Assembly: GCA_038087875.1 (NCBI GenBank)
Contig: CM075991.1
Span: 4,216,001 to 4,280,000, forward strand
Length of the DNA stretch: 64,000 nt
DNA from: Malacoraja senta
Taxonomy: Eukaryota
Reading direction: 5' to 3'
Positions 39,301 through 48,643 of this stretch are shown here, piece by piece (within the stretch, counting starts at the first letter, position 1; each line of letters starts with the position of its first letter). Under the pieces are notes generated by a model. It was not told the origin of the DNA and did not search any database. It worked only from the letters and a program-made list of their open reading frames with translations. The translations under genes and the position numbers were made by a program.

Positions 39301-42300
39301 TGCTATATTTTATCTGCCCCCACTCAGAACCCTGAATCACCCCTTCCCCACAAAACCACACCGCACCTTTGTGAAAATGAAACATCTTTGCCGGAAATCC
39401 GAACTAAATGAGTGAGGGTTTGCAGAAAACAAATACCTTGGCATAAATGCCACTTGTTTTCTTAGCCTGAGTCCAATTGTTCACTGGCTCTAGGGTGCTT
39501 CAATGCAGCTTTTATTGTCACATGTGCAAAGTGCAAACGCACGGTGAAATTCTTTAATTGAGCCAGGTACTCTGCAAGAAACCTTTAGACAGGTACATGA
39601 TAGGTTTAGTATGAAATGGGCCAAACGCATGCAGGTGTGACTGGTGTAGATGTTCCCAGAAAGCTGCAGTGACTCAGCGGGACAGGAGAGAAGGAAGGGT
39701 GCTGTTTTGGGTCGAGACACTTCTTCAGATGTTGGTTGGTGCGGGGAGGTTGGGCCGAAGGGCATGTTTCCACACTGCATCTCCATGCCCACGACTTTAA
39801 TCTCATCGGTTCTTGCTGCGGATGGATGGGTGACTTAAGAGCGTGTCCTACTTGGGCGTCATTTGCGCATCACGCAGGTGGCGCGCGAAGATTTTGTGAA
39901 TCCCAAAATCCTGGGGCGCCTCACGTGACCGCGCACCACTGCCTTCATCACCACGCACCATGCGCTCGTAATGCACGCCATGTGCGCGTAATGCATGCCA
40001 TGCGCGCATTACGTGCGCGTCAAGACATGTAAATTATGTTGCGCAAATGACGCGCAAATGACGCCCAAGTGGGACAGGCCCTTTACATTGTATAACTCCG
40101 CTGTAATAAGCCCATGGTCCTGGGTAATAACCCAGAGATAAACCAATCTGCTGCGGCAACCTAAACTCAAGGTAACTATGAACTACTGTGTGTCTTGGGT
40201 GTTAATGTGTTTTTGCTTCATACCCTGCAGCGACAGTGATCATCATTGCGGTTGTGATACTGATCATCGCCGTGATTGGAGTGGGATGTTTCATATACTG
40301 GAGGAGGTACAAGGCAAAGAGCCCGTCCCTGCCACGGTGAGTGACCCTTCTGAAGGGCCGGTTGTCTTTTGTCCACCTCGCTCACAGCCGGGTTGCTGAA
40401 CTTGCAGTCTTGGCCCATCTCCTGTGGCCCGGGCCACAGTACAGGGTGGCGCAGCGGTAGAGTTGCTGCCTTACAGCGCCAGGGAGCCGGGTTCGAACCC
40501 GGCTACAGGTGCTGTCCGTACGGAGTTTGTACGTACATCCCGTGACCTGCGTGGGTTTTCTCCCGGTGCTCCGGTTTCCTCCCACACTCCAAAGACGTGC
40601 AGGTTTATAGGTTAATCAGCTTCTGTAAATTGTCCCTAGTGTGTCGAATAGAACTAGTGTACAGGGTGTGTAGGATAGAACTAGTGTATGGGTGTGTAGG
40701 ATAGAACTAGTGTACGGGTGATCGCTGGTCAGCGTGGACTCGGTGTGCTGATGGACCAGTTTCCACCCTGTATCTCTGAACCAAACTAAACCAAATTAAG
40801 TAGACGCAACACCTCCAACTCAGAACCGTGGACTCAAGTTATACTCTAGGGCCTTGGATCCAGATCGAAGCTGACATCTCAGAGTTGAAGGGGTGCAACA
40901 ATATTGGAGGTACTGCTTTTAAACTGAGGCCCCTCACTCCTGTCAATAGACAACAGGTGCAGGAATAGGCCATTCGGCCCTTTGAGCCATTCACAGTGAT
41001 CATGGCTGATCATCCACTATCAGTACCCCGTTCCTGCCTTCTCACCATATCCCCTGACTCCGCTATCTTTAAGAGCTCTATCCAACTCTCTTGAAAGCAT
41101 CCAGAGAGCCAGCCTCCACTGCCTTCTGAGGCAGAGAATTCCACAGATTCACAACTCTGGGTGAAAAAGTTTTTCCTCATCTTCGTTCTAAATGGCCTAA
41201 CCCTTATTTTTAAACTGTGGCCCCTGGTTCTGGACTCTCCCAACACTGGGAACATGTTTCCTGCCTCTAGCGTGTCCAATCTCGTAGTAAACTTATATGT
41301 TTCAATAAGATATGAAAGGATACGAAAGAATCAGGGAGCTCCCATGCCCATATTCATCCCCCAGTCTATGTGACAGGACTTGATTACCCAGTCAATCTGC
41401 TGCTGCCTGCTGTGTTGTAGATACATTGCAACATCTCAAGATGCAACATGGCCCGAGTGGTTTAACAGGCTCTGTGATTTATTCTGCGTCCCCTGCCTGA
41501 CTGCGCACTGTGACACCTCTACCACAGTCACCGTCAACCCTGACCACAAACCCACCCCTCTCCACATCTAAACACACTGAGGTTATCTGACCTGAAGAAT
41601 GGCAGTGATCCCCTGTCCCCAGCCTCAGACAGAAAGGCAGGGAATGGTGAGCGTTAGTGGAAGAGCAGGGAAGGAGTGGTTCACTCTACTCGATATAATT
41701 GCCCACTATTTCACCTCAGGCACTCACCAGTTCCACTCTCAGATGAGGGAGAACGTCCTGCTTTCTGCTGTCAAACACAGCTCAGAACTTCATTGGGTAG
41801 TCATTTGATTCTGAGTTTAGTTTAGTTTAGTTAAGTTTAGTTTAGTTAAGTTTAGTTAATTTTAGTTGTGTTTAGCTTAGTTAAGTTTGTTTAAGTTCAG
41901 CAGGTTAAGTTAGTTTAGTTTAGTTTAGTTTAGCTCAGCTTAGCTTAGTTTAGCTTAGTTAAGTTAAGTTTGGTTAAGTTCAGCTAAGTTAGGTTAAGTT
42001 AGTTTAGTTTTGTTTAGCCCAGCTTAGTTTAGCTTAGTTAAGTTAAGTTAAGTTAATTTAATTTAGCTTAGCCTAGCAATTTAGTTTAGACCAGTTTATT
42101 GTTACAGTGAAAAGATTTTTGTTGCAACTACTGTAATCCAGTCAGTGGAAAGACTATACATAATTACAACCAAGCCGTCCGTCCACAGCGTAGAGATACA
42201 GGAGAATAACGTTTGGAGCAAATCCAGTAAAAGTAGCCCGAGGGTCTCCACTGAGAAAGATGGTAGGTCAGGACCACTCTAGCTAGTGATAGGATGGTTC

Positions 42301-45300
42301 AGTTGCCCAATAACAGCAGGGAAGAAACTATCCCTGAATGTGAGGCTGTGTGTTTTCACACGTCTGCACCTTTTGCTTGATGTGAGAGGGGATAAGAAGG
42401 AGTGATCAGGGTGAGACTTGTCCTTGAGTGCCTCTTGCTGCTGTTTATAATATGTTCCTGGTTTTCATCTTTTCCGAGATATATATGAAAATCCTTGTGA
42501 AATACAGCTATTCTCACGTTCCCATGAAATGTAGTTAGTTTAAAGTTTGCTTCAAGAGCTTCTTGCTTCTTATTCAGCAATGAGGGAGGCACAGCGGTGC
42601 AGCGGTAGAGCTCACAGTGCCAGAAACCGAGGTTCGATCCTGACCTTGGGTGCTGTCTGTGCGGAGTTTGCACACTCACCCTGTGACTGCGTGTTTTTCC
42701 TCCCAGTGCTCTGTCTCCCTCCCACATCGCAAAGGGCAGCATTAGGAGGATGTGGGCCAAACATAGGCAGGTGGGACCAGTATAGACGAGACATATTGGT
42801 CAGCGTGGGCATGTTGGGCTAAAGGGACTATTTCCATGCTGTATGACTCTATGACTCCATGTGTGTGTGTGTTTCCAGGTTATTTGGCCTTTGTAAAATT
42901 GCCCCTAATTGTTGGGAAAGAATGAGAATGTGGGATAACATAGAATTAGGGTAAATGGGTTATCAATGGTCGGCGGGGACTTGGTGGGCCAAAGGGGCTT
43001 TTTCCACGCTGTATTTCAAAACTAAACTAAATTAGACTAAATTATCCAATGTCATGTTGAGTTGTGGTAGAGATATCTGGTTCCAAACTGTGACCCTTGA
43101 TGATGGGATCCAAAGTGATGCTGAAGGTAGACACAAAATGCTGGAGTAACTCAGCGGGACAGGCAGCATCTCAGGAGAGAAGGAATGGGTGACGTTTTGT
43201 GTCGAGACCCTTCTTCAGACTGAGAGTCAGGGGAGAGGGAGCCTAGAGATATGGATGGGGTAAGGTGTGAAATCGACAGATCAAAGCAGACTTTGATTAA
43301 GAAATCATTGTTGGCTGAGGCAAAGGTGACAAGGAGGCATATAATCAGTAAAATTAATCGGAAGGACAGTGAAATTAGTCAGAGAAGTAGTGTGGAGGAG
43401 GGATGGAGAGAGAGGGAAAGCAAGGGTTAGTTGGTCAGAAAAAATCAAGGGTGATGCCACTGGGTTGAGAGCTGCCGAAGCGAAATATGAGGTAATGCTC
43501 TTCCCTTTTATTGACGATCATCTGATTCTGTTCTTAGGTTCCAGGAAACGCAGATCTCTGGACTCACAAACCCAACCTTCGCAGGAAGTGCACCAGCCAC
43601 ACCACAGATGCAAAGAGCCCACAACCCCAAGGCAAGTCCGAGCAATGCTTCACTCTGCTGTCTGACGATCAGAGCACTCTTCTGGCTTTATTGCTGAATT
43701 AGTGTTCCAGAGAACTGAAGTCATGAATCCACATCCTGAAATTTGAGTTTTATTTTGTTTTTTTAAAAAGCAAAAAAAAAAGGAAAGACTTTAAAAGTTG
43801 CCCAACTGTGTAAAACTCTGATAGCCCAGCACCCTCCCAACTTTAGTGGCATTACACAGGAGTATAACGTGGATGTGGAGAGGATGTTTCCACTAGTGGC
43901 AGAGTCTATGACCAGAGGTGAGGAGAAATTTCTTCAGTCAGAGGGCGGAGAATCTGTGGAATTCGTTGCCACAGATGGCTTCTTCTTTCGTGTGGCATGC
44001 ACGGCCTAAAGTTGTAGGGCAACTTGTTCTATTTGATCTTCCGTTTGTGCACGTCGAGTTGATTGCATTAGTCGAAACAGGGTGGACCACGTGAAGGTTG
44101 CAATCTTCCACCCCCCACAGATGGTTACGGGGGCCAAGTCAGTGGATACTTTTAAGGCCGAGATTTATGATTAGTATGTGTGTCAGGGGTTGTGGGGACC
44201 GGAGAAGGCAGGAGAATGCGGTTGAGAGGAAAAAATAGATCAGCCATGATTGAATGGTGGAGTACACGTGATGGGCCACATAGCCTAATTCTGCTCAAAT
44301 AACATGAACTTAACATACCCTTTACAGTGAACCTGGTGACTTTAAATGGAGCATGGGAACTGTGGACTTGATGAAGTGAGAGACATCACCCTGGTCCCCA
44401 GTGAGGAGAAAGGGAGCCTGAGAAACGGGGCCCTGGTGAGCTGAAAGAATATGCAGGAAACAGGAGGCACAAGAGACTACAGGTGCTGGAATCTGTAGCA
44501 AGGAACAAAATACTGAAAATGGTTTTTAAAAAACTGTTGGAAAATAACCAGTCAGGCAATATCAGGAGTTTAGAAGGATGAGGGGATATCTTATAGAAAC
44601 ATAAAATTATAAAAGGACTGGACAAGCTAGATGCAGGAAAAATGTTCCCGATGTTGGGCGAGTCCAGAACCAGGGGCCACAGTCTTAGAATAAAGGGGAA
44701 GCCATTTAAGACTGAGGTGAGAACAAACTTTTTCACCCAGAGAGTTGTGAATTTATGGAATTCCCTGCCACGGAGGGCAGTGGAGGCCAAGTCACTGGAT
44801 GGATTTAAGAGAGAGTTAGATAGAGCTCTAGGGGCTAGTGGAATTAAGGGATATGGGGAGAAGGCAGGCATGGGTTATTGATCGGGGACGATCAGCCATG
44901 ATCACAATGAATGGCTCGAAGGGCCGAATGGCCTCCTCCTGCACCTATTGTCTATGTTTCCATGTTAGGAGAACAGCGGGAGGTACTCAGTCCAGAAGAG
45001 ATTTACTAATCTAATTCCGTGTGGAGTTTGTACGTTCTCCCTGTGACCGCTTGGGCTTCCTCCGGGTGCTCCAGTTTCCTCCCACATCCCGAAGACGTGC
45101 AGGTTTGCGTGTTAATTGGCCTCTGTGCAATTGCCCCTGTTGTGTGGGGAGTGGATGAGAGAGTGGGATAGCACAGAACCCGTGTCAGCTGGCCAGCGAT
45201 GGGTGGATCCAGGTGAGGGAGAATACATTGGCAGAAGGAGTCAGGGTTGGTGGAGAAGCTCGACACAAAATGCTGGAGTAACTCAGCGGGTCAGGCAGCA

Positions 45301-47432
45301 TCTATGGAGAGAAGGAATGGGTGACGTTTCGAGTCAGGGCCCTTCTTCAGACTGATGTCAGGGGAGGGGGCGGGATAAAGATAGAATGTAGTCGGAGAAT
45401 AGAATGGAGAAGATCTTTGGCCAGTATGGATCTGGAGGGCCAAAGGGCCTGTTTCCAAACTGTACCTTTCAAAATCAGAATGGAGAAAAATCCTTCATTA
45501 CACGAGTGGACTATTTATCAGCAAGACAGAAGGGTAGGCAATATTACATATATATTTGGAGCAGCACTCTTGAGCTGCTCTCTTAAAGAGCCAGAGACCT
45601 GGGTTCGATCCTGACTATGGGTGCTTTCTGTACGGAGTTTGTACATTCTCCCTGTGACCGGGTAGGTTTTCTCCGGGTGCTCCGGTTTCCTCCCACACTC
45701 CAAAGACGTGCTGGTTTGTAGGTTAATTGGCAACGGTAAAATTGTAAGTTGTCCCTAGTATGTATTATAGTTAGTGCTAGTCTGTGGGGTAATTGCTGGT
45801 CGGCATGGACTCGGTGGGCCGAAGGGCCTGTTTCTGCACTATATCTCTCCAGTCTAAAGTCTAAAGGCTATTATAGAAGCTATCGGAGTGGGGGTAAAAC
45901 TCTGCCAGTTGTTGAGACTAAAGGTCATCCCTTCCCATTCTCACCAGCCCCTGTGTTTTCTCTTCTCACTAATTCTCGCCTCAAATTGCAGGGTCCAATG
46001 CAAGTGGCTCCACCCCCTCCTCCGTATGCCAGGGCACCTCCTGCACCTGCCAAGGTAAGTCCACGTGCCACCACTGGGTTATCCTGGCTCCATTGGTCCA
46101 CAAACACCATCAGTTCATTGAGTATAACCACTCATTCCAGAGCACCATCTGATCACACGGTTCATATTAATCCTGCTGCCTTTCTTGTAGTCATTTGCTT
46201 CTCAAGCTCCAGTAAATGAGTTTAGTTTAGTTTAGTCATCGAGTTACAGAGTCATACAGCGTGGAAACAGGCCCTTTGGCCCAACTCGCCCACACCAACC
46301 AACATGTCCCATCTACACTAGTCCACCTGCCTGTGTGTGGCCCATATCCCTCTCAACCTGTCCTATCCATGTACCTGTCTAATTGTTTCTTAAAAGTTGT
46401 AATAGTTGCTGACATTATATACCTCCTCTGACGGCTCGTTCCGTACGCCCACCACCCTTTGTGTTTTGTTTTCACTTAGTTTTGTTTCGTTTTGGTTTAT
46501 TGTCACGTGTACCGAGATACAATGAAAAGCTTTTTGTCGCGTGCTATCCAGTTAGAGAAAATACTACACATGATTACAATTGAGTTGACAGTGTACTGGT
46601 ACAGGATAAAGGGAATCAAGTTTAGTGCAAGATAAAGTCCAGTAAAGTCCTATTATTTGGATTTTCCTCCAAGATAACCTCACTAACTCTCACGTTATAT
46701 TCCAGGGTCCAATGGCTACCGCTCCCCCCTTTCCTCCATATGCCAAGCCACCATCTGCACCCATCCCCCCTGCCAAGGTAAGTCCACATCCCAGCAATGG
46801 GTTGTTTCAGGGTGAATTTACCAATGGGGACAAAGTGCGCCACTGAGTGTAACAACTAAGACTAAAGCATCGGCTGATCGGACTATTAATATTGTTTCTC
46901 GTCTTTTTCTTCCAGCCATTTCCCCCTCAAGCTCCAGCAAAGAAGCCGGTTTTGCCTCCACCGTCGACCAAGGTACTTCAACCTGATTAGCAACTTACAC
47001 AGAAATAGGTTGGCCAAGTAGATAGTAGCTCAGGACCGCTCTCTAGTTGTTGGTAGGATGATTCAGATGCCCGATAACAGCTGGGAATAAACTGTCTCTG
47101 AATCTGGAGGTGTGCGTTTTCACACTTCGGTACCTCTTGTCTGATGGGAGAAGATTATGCTGCTGGCCTTGCCGAGGCAGCGTGAGGTGTAAATGGAGTC
47201 AATGGAAGGGAGGTTGGTTTGTGTGATGGTCTGGGCTGCGTCCACAATTCTCTGCAATTTCAAAATGCTGGAGTAACTCAGCGGGTCGGGCAGCATCTCC
47301 GGAGAAAAGGAATAGGTGACATTTCGGGTCGAGACCCTTCTTCAGACCAGCATGTCTGTTTTAAGGAACGTACTGAATGTACCAATATCTTCTTTCCAGG
47401 TCTTGATGCCTCCAACCAAACCGAGAAACTGA
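10788..47432 (+). CDS. adam28: ADAM28-like disintegrin and metalloproteinase, multi-exon and 5'-incomplete; 20 coding exons with two apparent 1-nt frameshifts
   Basis: Hand-spliced exons with AG/GT (one GC) boundaries give prodomain DHCYYHG, Cys-switch-like MCGV, zinc motif [12 protein letters not shown] plus Met-turn CIM, disintegrin [14 protein letters not shown], Cys-rich domain, EGF remnant, TM and Pro-rich tail. There is no RxxR furin site at the pro/catalytic boundary. Exon sizes 170/82/131/178/90/196 fit my recollection of ADAM28 structure. ADAM family membership is certain; exact orthology (ADAM28 vs ADAM8-like) is less so. Confidence 0.85.
11877..12059 (+). CDS. adam28: ADAM exon, prodomain [15 protein letters not shown]...HALYKYEE / MCGVVNT...SASE (frameshift near 11966)
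   Basis: tcaag| acceptor; YxxEPL and HALY are in one frame and the Cys-switch MCGV in another; 183 nt where 184 is needed. Confidence 0.88.
12838..13463 (-). mobile_element. CR1-type LINE 3' fragment, little diverged
   Basis: [43 protein letters not shown]; (CTATTGT)n tail. Confidence 0.92.
13594..13765 (-). mobile_element. Short non-tRNA retroposon with (GAA)n tail
   Basis: 6-bp TSD GTAAAT; 5' end shares motifs with the copies at 43981 and 50488. Confidence 0.7.
13936..13998 (+). CDS. adam28: ADAM exon, start of catalytic domain [21 protein letters not shown]
   Basis: tgcag| ... |gtgagt; 63 nt; KYIExxVVxD motif. Confidence 0.93.
14950..15365 (-). mobile_element. Rex1/Babar-type LINE 3' fragment
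   Basis: [17 protein letters not shown]...[13 protein letters not shown] peptide. Confidence 0.75.
16010..16077 (+). CDS. adam28: ADAM exon [16 protein letters not shown] / VNHINL (frameshift near 16057)
   Basis: ctcag| ... |gtgagt; 68 nt between phase-0 neighbours (69 needed); RVFExVN motif split between frames. Confidence 0.88.
17483..17590. repeat. Degenerate tetranucleotide array (GATT/GATC/GATG/GGTC)
   Basis: directly visible. Confidence 0.8.
17958..18127 (+). CDS. adam28: ADAM exon [18 protein letters not shown]...HDNIQFIT
   Basis: cgcag| ... |gtaagt; 170 nt; VALVGLEIW and HDN motifs. Confidence 0.97.
18655..18736 (+). CDS. adam28: ADAM exon [27 protein letters not shown]
   Basis: tccag| ... 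|gtacgc; 82 nt; FxGxTIGLA..MC motif. Confidence 0.96.
18865..19686 (-). mobile_element. CR1-type LINE 3' fragment
   Basis: RT C-terminal peptides [32 protein letters not shown]; (TTTCTATG)n tail. Confidence 0.92.
20305..20435 (+). CDS. adam28: ADAM exon carrying zinc-binding site [12 protein letters not shown] (20347-20382) and Met-turn CIM
   Basis: cttag| ... |gtaagt; 131 nt; intact HExxHxxGxxHD metzincin motif. Confidence 0.98.
21081..21258 (+). CDS. adam28: ADAM exon, end of catalytic domain and start of disintegrin (FSSCS...[18 protein letters not shown])
   Basis: gatag| ... |gtaagg; 178 nt. Confidence 0.97.
22130..22303. mobile_element. PIF/Harbinger-type MITE
   Basis: TIR agggcctgtcccacttggg; TTA TSD. 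Confidence 0.88.
22420..22700 (+). mobile_element. HE1-like V-SINE
   Basis: A box tggcacagcgg, B box ggttcgatcc, V-domain, CR1-like tail. Confidence 0.88.
23765..23854 (+). CDS. adam28: ADAM disintegrin exon [30 protein letters not shown]
   Basis: cacag| ... |gtacct; 90 nt. Confidence 0.97.
24238..24657. repeat. Compound (TG)n microsatellite with TAAGTG higher-order units
   Basis: directly visible. Confidence 0.97.
25367..25562 (+). CDS. adam28: ADAM disintegrin loop / Cys-rich exon [21 protein letters not shown]...CTSLWGP
   Basis: cgtag| ... |gtaagt; 196 nt; ECD loop, CYNGxCP and LWG motifs. Confidence 0.97.
27984..28936 (-). mobile_element. 5'-truncated Penelope-like retroelement (Neptune-type) with GIY-YIG endonuclease ORF remnant
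   Basis: ORF 28197-28937: RT thumb, CNRKRCNTC linker, [22 protein letters not shown]; 12-bp TSD TTTAATGGATAT at 27972-27983 and 28937-28948. Confidence 0.93.
28053..28080 (-). ncRNA. Minimal hammerhead ribozyme-like motif in the Penelope terminal repeat
   Basis: minus strand CUGAAGA-A-GGGU(UUCG)GCCC-GAAACGUU; PLEs are known to carry minimal hammerheads; stem I is weak. Confidence 0.6.
28974..29447 (-). mobile_element. CR1-type LINE 3' fragment, same subfamily as 12838
   Basis: [19 protein letters not shown]... peptide; (CTATTGT)n tail. Confidence 0.92.
30370..30900 (+). mobile_element. CR1-type LINE 3' fragment
   Basis: [12 protein letters not shown]...NLWNLLP peptide. Confidence 0.88.
31060..31758. 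mobile_element. Harbinger-type MITE with a nested Penelope palindrome (~31433-31622)
   Basis: TIRs agggcctgtcccacttg..cgcgacctcgtggtcgcgttga / caacgcgaccacgaggtcgcgt..aagtcggacaggccct. Confidence 0.8.
32138..32710 (+). mobile_element. L2-clade LINE 3' fragment
   Basis: [11 protein letters not shown]...[19 protein letters not shown]...[10 protein letters not shown] peptide; (TAT)n tail. Confidence 0.9.
33111..33402 (+). mobile_element. HE1-like V-SINE, full length
   Basis: tRNA-like head, V-domain ttctccctgtgactgcgtgggttttctccgggtg, tail shared with CR1/HER1. Confidence 0.9.
33703..33802 (+). CDS. adam28: ADAM Cys-rich exon [32 protein letters not shown]
   Basis: atcag| ... |gtgagt; 100 nt; phases fit both neighbours. 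Confidence 0.92.
34300..34470. repeat. Palindromic Penelope-derived repeat with hammerhead-like motif (34412-34439)
   Basis: inverted arms centred near 34410. Confidence 0.75.
34740..35036 (-). mobile_element. HE1-like V-SINE inserted in a CR1 fragment
   Basis: reverse-complement SINE head, V-domain and tail. Confidence 0.88.
35894..36375 (+). mobile_element. 5'-truncated L1 inserted into the ADAM 3' splice site
   Basis: homologous to the end of the L1 at 53043-54412; AATAAA plus poly(A); 10-bp TSD TCTCCTTCCT at 35884-35893 and 36376-36385. Confidence 0.9.
36392..36557 (+). CDS. adam28: ADAM Cys-rich exon DIMCGQLHC...[13 protein letters not shown]
   Basis: cgcag| ... |gtaatg; 166 nt; CGxLxC and GxKCG motifs. 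Confidence 0.96.
36859..36927 (+). CDS. adam28: ADAM exon [23 protein letters not shown]
   Basis: cacag| ... |gtaagg; 69 nt; end of Cys-rich domain and start of EGF. Confidence 0.95.
38638..38936 (-). mobile_element. HE1-like V-SINE
   Basis: reverse-complement SINE consensus. Confidence 0.88.
39153..39225 (+). CDS. adam28: ADAM exon, degenerate EGF-like [24 protein letters not shown]
   Basis: cacag| ... |gtaacg; 73 nt; CNHxxECQ motif; phases 0/1 fit. Confidence 0.88.
39838..40082. mobile_element. PIF/Harbinger-type MITE, same subfamily as 22130
   Basis: TIRs; TTA TSD; shared internal aagattttgt..atcccaaaatcctggggcg. Confidence 0.88.
40231..40336 (+). CDS. adam28: ADAM transmembrane exon [34 protein letters not shown]
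   Basis: tgcag| ... |gtgagt; 106 nt; hydrophobic helix followed by basic stop-transfer residues. Confidence 0.94.
40444..40798 (+). mobile_element. HE1-like V-SINE, full length, with internal triplication
   Basis: intact A/B boxes and V-domain; three copies of gtgtaggatagaactagtgta. Confidence 0.9.
40945..41311 (-). mobile_element. CR1-type LINE 3' fragment
   Basis: [24 protein letters not shown] peptide. Confidence 0.88.
41815..42090. repeat. Degenerate pentanucleotide array (TTTAG/TTAAG/CTTAG)n
   Basis: directly visible. Confidence 0.93.
43538..43631 (+). CDS. adam28: ADAM cytoplasmic exon [31 protein letters not shown] (GC donor)
   Basis: cttag| ... AAG|gcaagt; 94 nt; phases 2/0 fit. 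Confidence 0.8.
43981..44114 (-). mobile_element. Short non-tRNA retroposon with (GAA)n tail, inserted in a CR1 fragment
   Basis: TSD CCACAGATGG (43969-43978 / 44115-44124); close match to 50488-50624. Confidence 0.85.
44566..44966 (+). mobile_element. CR1-type LINE 3' fragment
   Basis: [27 protein letters not shown] peptide. Confidence 0.9.
45992..46054 (+). CDS. adam28: ADAM cytoplasmic exon [21 protein letters not shown]
   Basis: tgcag| ... |gtaagt; 63 nt; phase 0-0. Confidence 0.87.
46706..46777 (+). CDS. adam28: ADAM cytoplasmic exon [24 protein letters not shown] (duplicate of previous exon)
   Basis: tccag| ... |gtaagt; 72 nt; phase 0-0. Confidence 0.85.
46916..46972 (+). CDS. adam28: ADAM cytoplasmic exon [19 protein letters not shown]
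   Basis: strong pyrimidine tract tccag| ... |gtactt; 57 nt. Confidence 0.82.
47400..47432 (+). CDS. adam28: ADAM last coding exon [10 protein letters not shown]
   Basis: tctttccag| acceptor; TGA at 47430-47432. Confidence 0.78.
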   Translation, partial: VLMPPTKPRN

Positions 47433-48643
47433 ACATCAGACGGGAACTGACTGCTCCAACCTCCCAGTTACCTGCAGCTTGTATTATTTGTTCCGTTTAT
47501 TTATATGTTGTCGCAGTGAAATTCTCAAAGCTTTCTTCTTCTCTATTTATTCTGTTGATTTATAACCAAAGAGGCAAAGCAACTGGACTCCTATATCTCT
47601 ATCTTGACTGGGGAATGGCAGGAGAGTGCATGATGTATCAATAGCCTCTGCTGATGATCAGTGGAATGTTACATTGGAGATTTTTGATGTCTGCAAAATG
47701 GGGATGTTTTTATAAGGGCCACAGTGAGAGTATGCATGTTTTTTGTAGAGTGAAGGGCAAGGCAGGTGGGAATAAGGAAAACCTACAGAAATAGAGGCTC
47801 TGGTCTGGAAAAAAGGAGGAGGCATGGTGTGTAGGCAGGAACTGAAGATGCTGGTTTACACCCAATACAGACACAAGATGCTGGGGTAACTCAACAGGTC
47901 AGGCAGCAGCTCTCAGGGAAAAGGAATAGATGACGTTTCCGGGAAGTTGGAAACAGAGGTATGAAATAGTACAGAACAGTGGAGGCCAATTCACTGGATG
48001 TTTTCAAGATGGTGTCAGATTACTGATTGTGGATGGTCAGCCATGATCACATTGAATGGCGGTGCTGGCACGAAAGGCCAAATGGCCTACTTCTGAACCT
48101 ATTGTCTACTGTCTATTGTCTCGAACAAATCAGAGCCAGTACCGATGGCCAAGGAGCAAACAATGGTCCATTGCTGGCAGTGGAGGAGGTGATAACGAAG
48201 GGATGCGAACAGTGATACTAGCAGGACAACTAGAAACATAGAATATAGGTGCAAGAGGAGGCCATTCGGCCCTTCGAGCCAGCACCGCCATTCATTGTGA
48301 TCATGGCTGATCGTCCCCAATCAATAACCCGTGCCTGCCTTCTCCCCATATCCCCTGATTCCACTAGCCCCTAGAGTTCTATCTAACTCTCTCTTAAATC
48401 CATCCAGTGATTCGGCCTCCACTGCCCTCTGTGGCAGGGAATTCCACAAATTCAACAAACCAGGGTGGGGGAGGGACGGAGAGAGAAGGAATGCAAGGGT
48501 TACTTGAAATTAGAGAAATGCAGTTTAATTCCGATAACTGAGGAATTGCATTTCGGGAAGTCAAACCGGAGCAGGACCTTTACAGTGAAGAATAGGACCC
48601 TGGGAAGGGTTGCAGAGCAAAGGAACCTACATGTACAACTACA

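Noticed and set aside
10788..47432. Calling the gene a venom metalloproteinase
   Set aside because: It retains TM and cytoplasmic exons; similarity to SVMPs reflects shared ADAM28 ancestry, and there are no expression data
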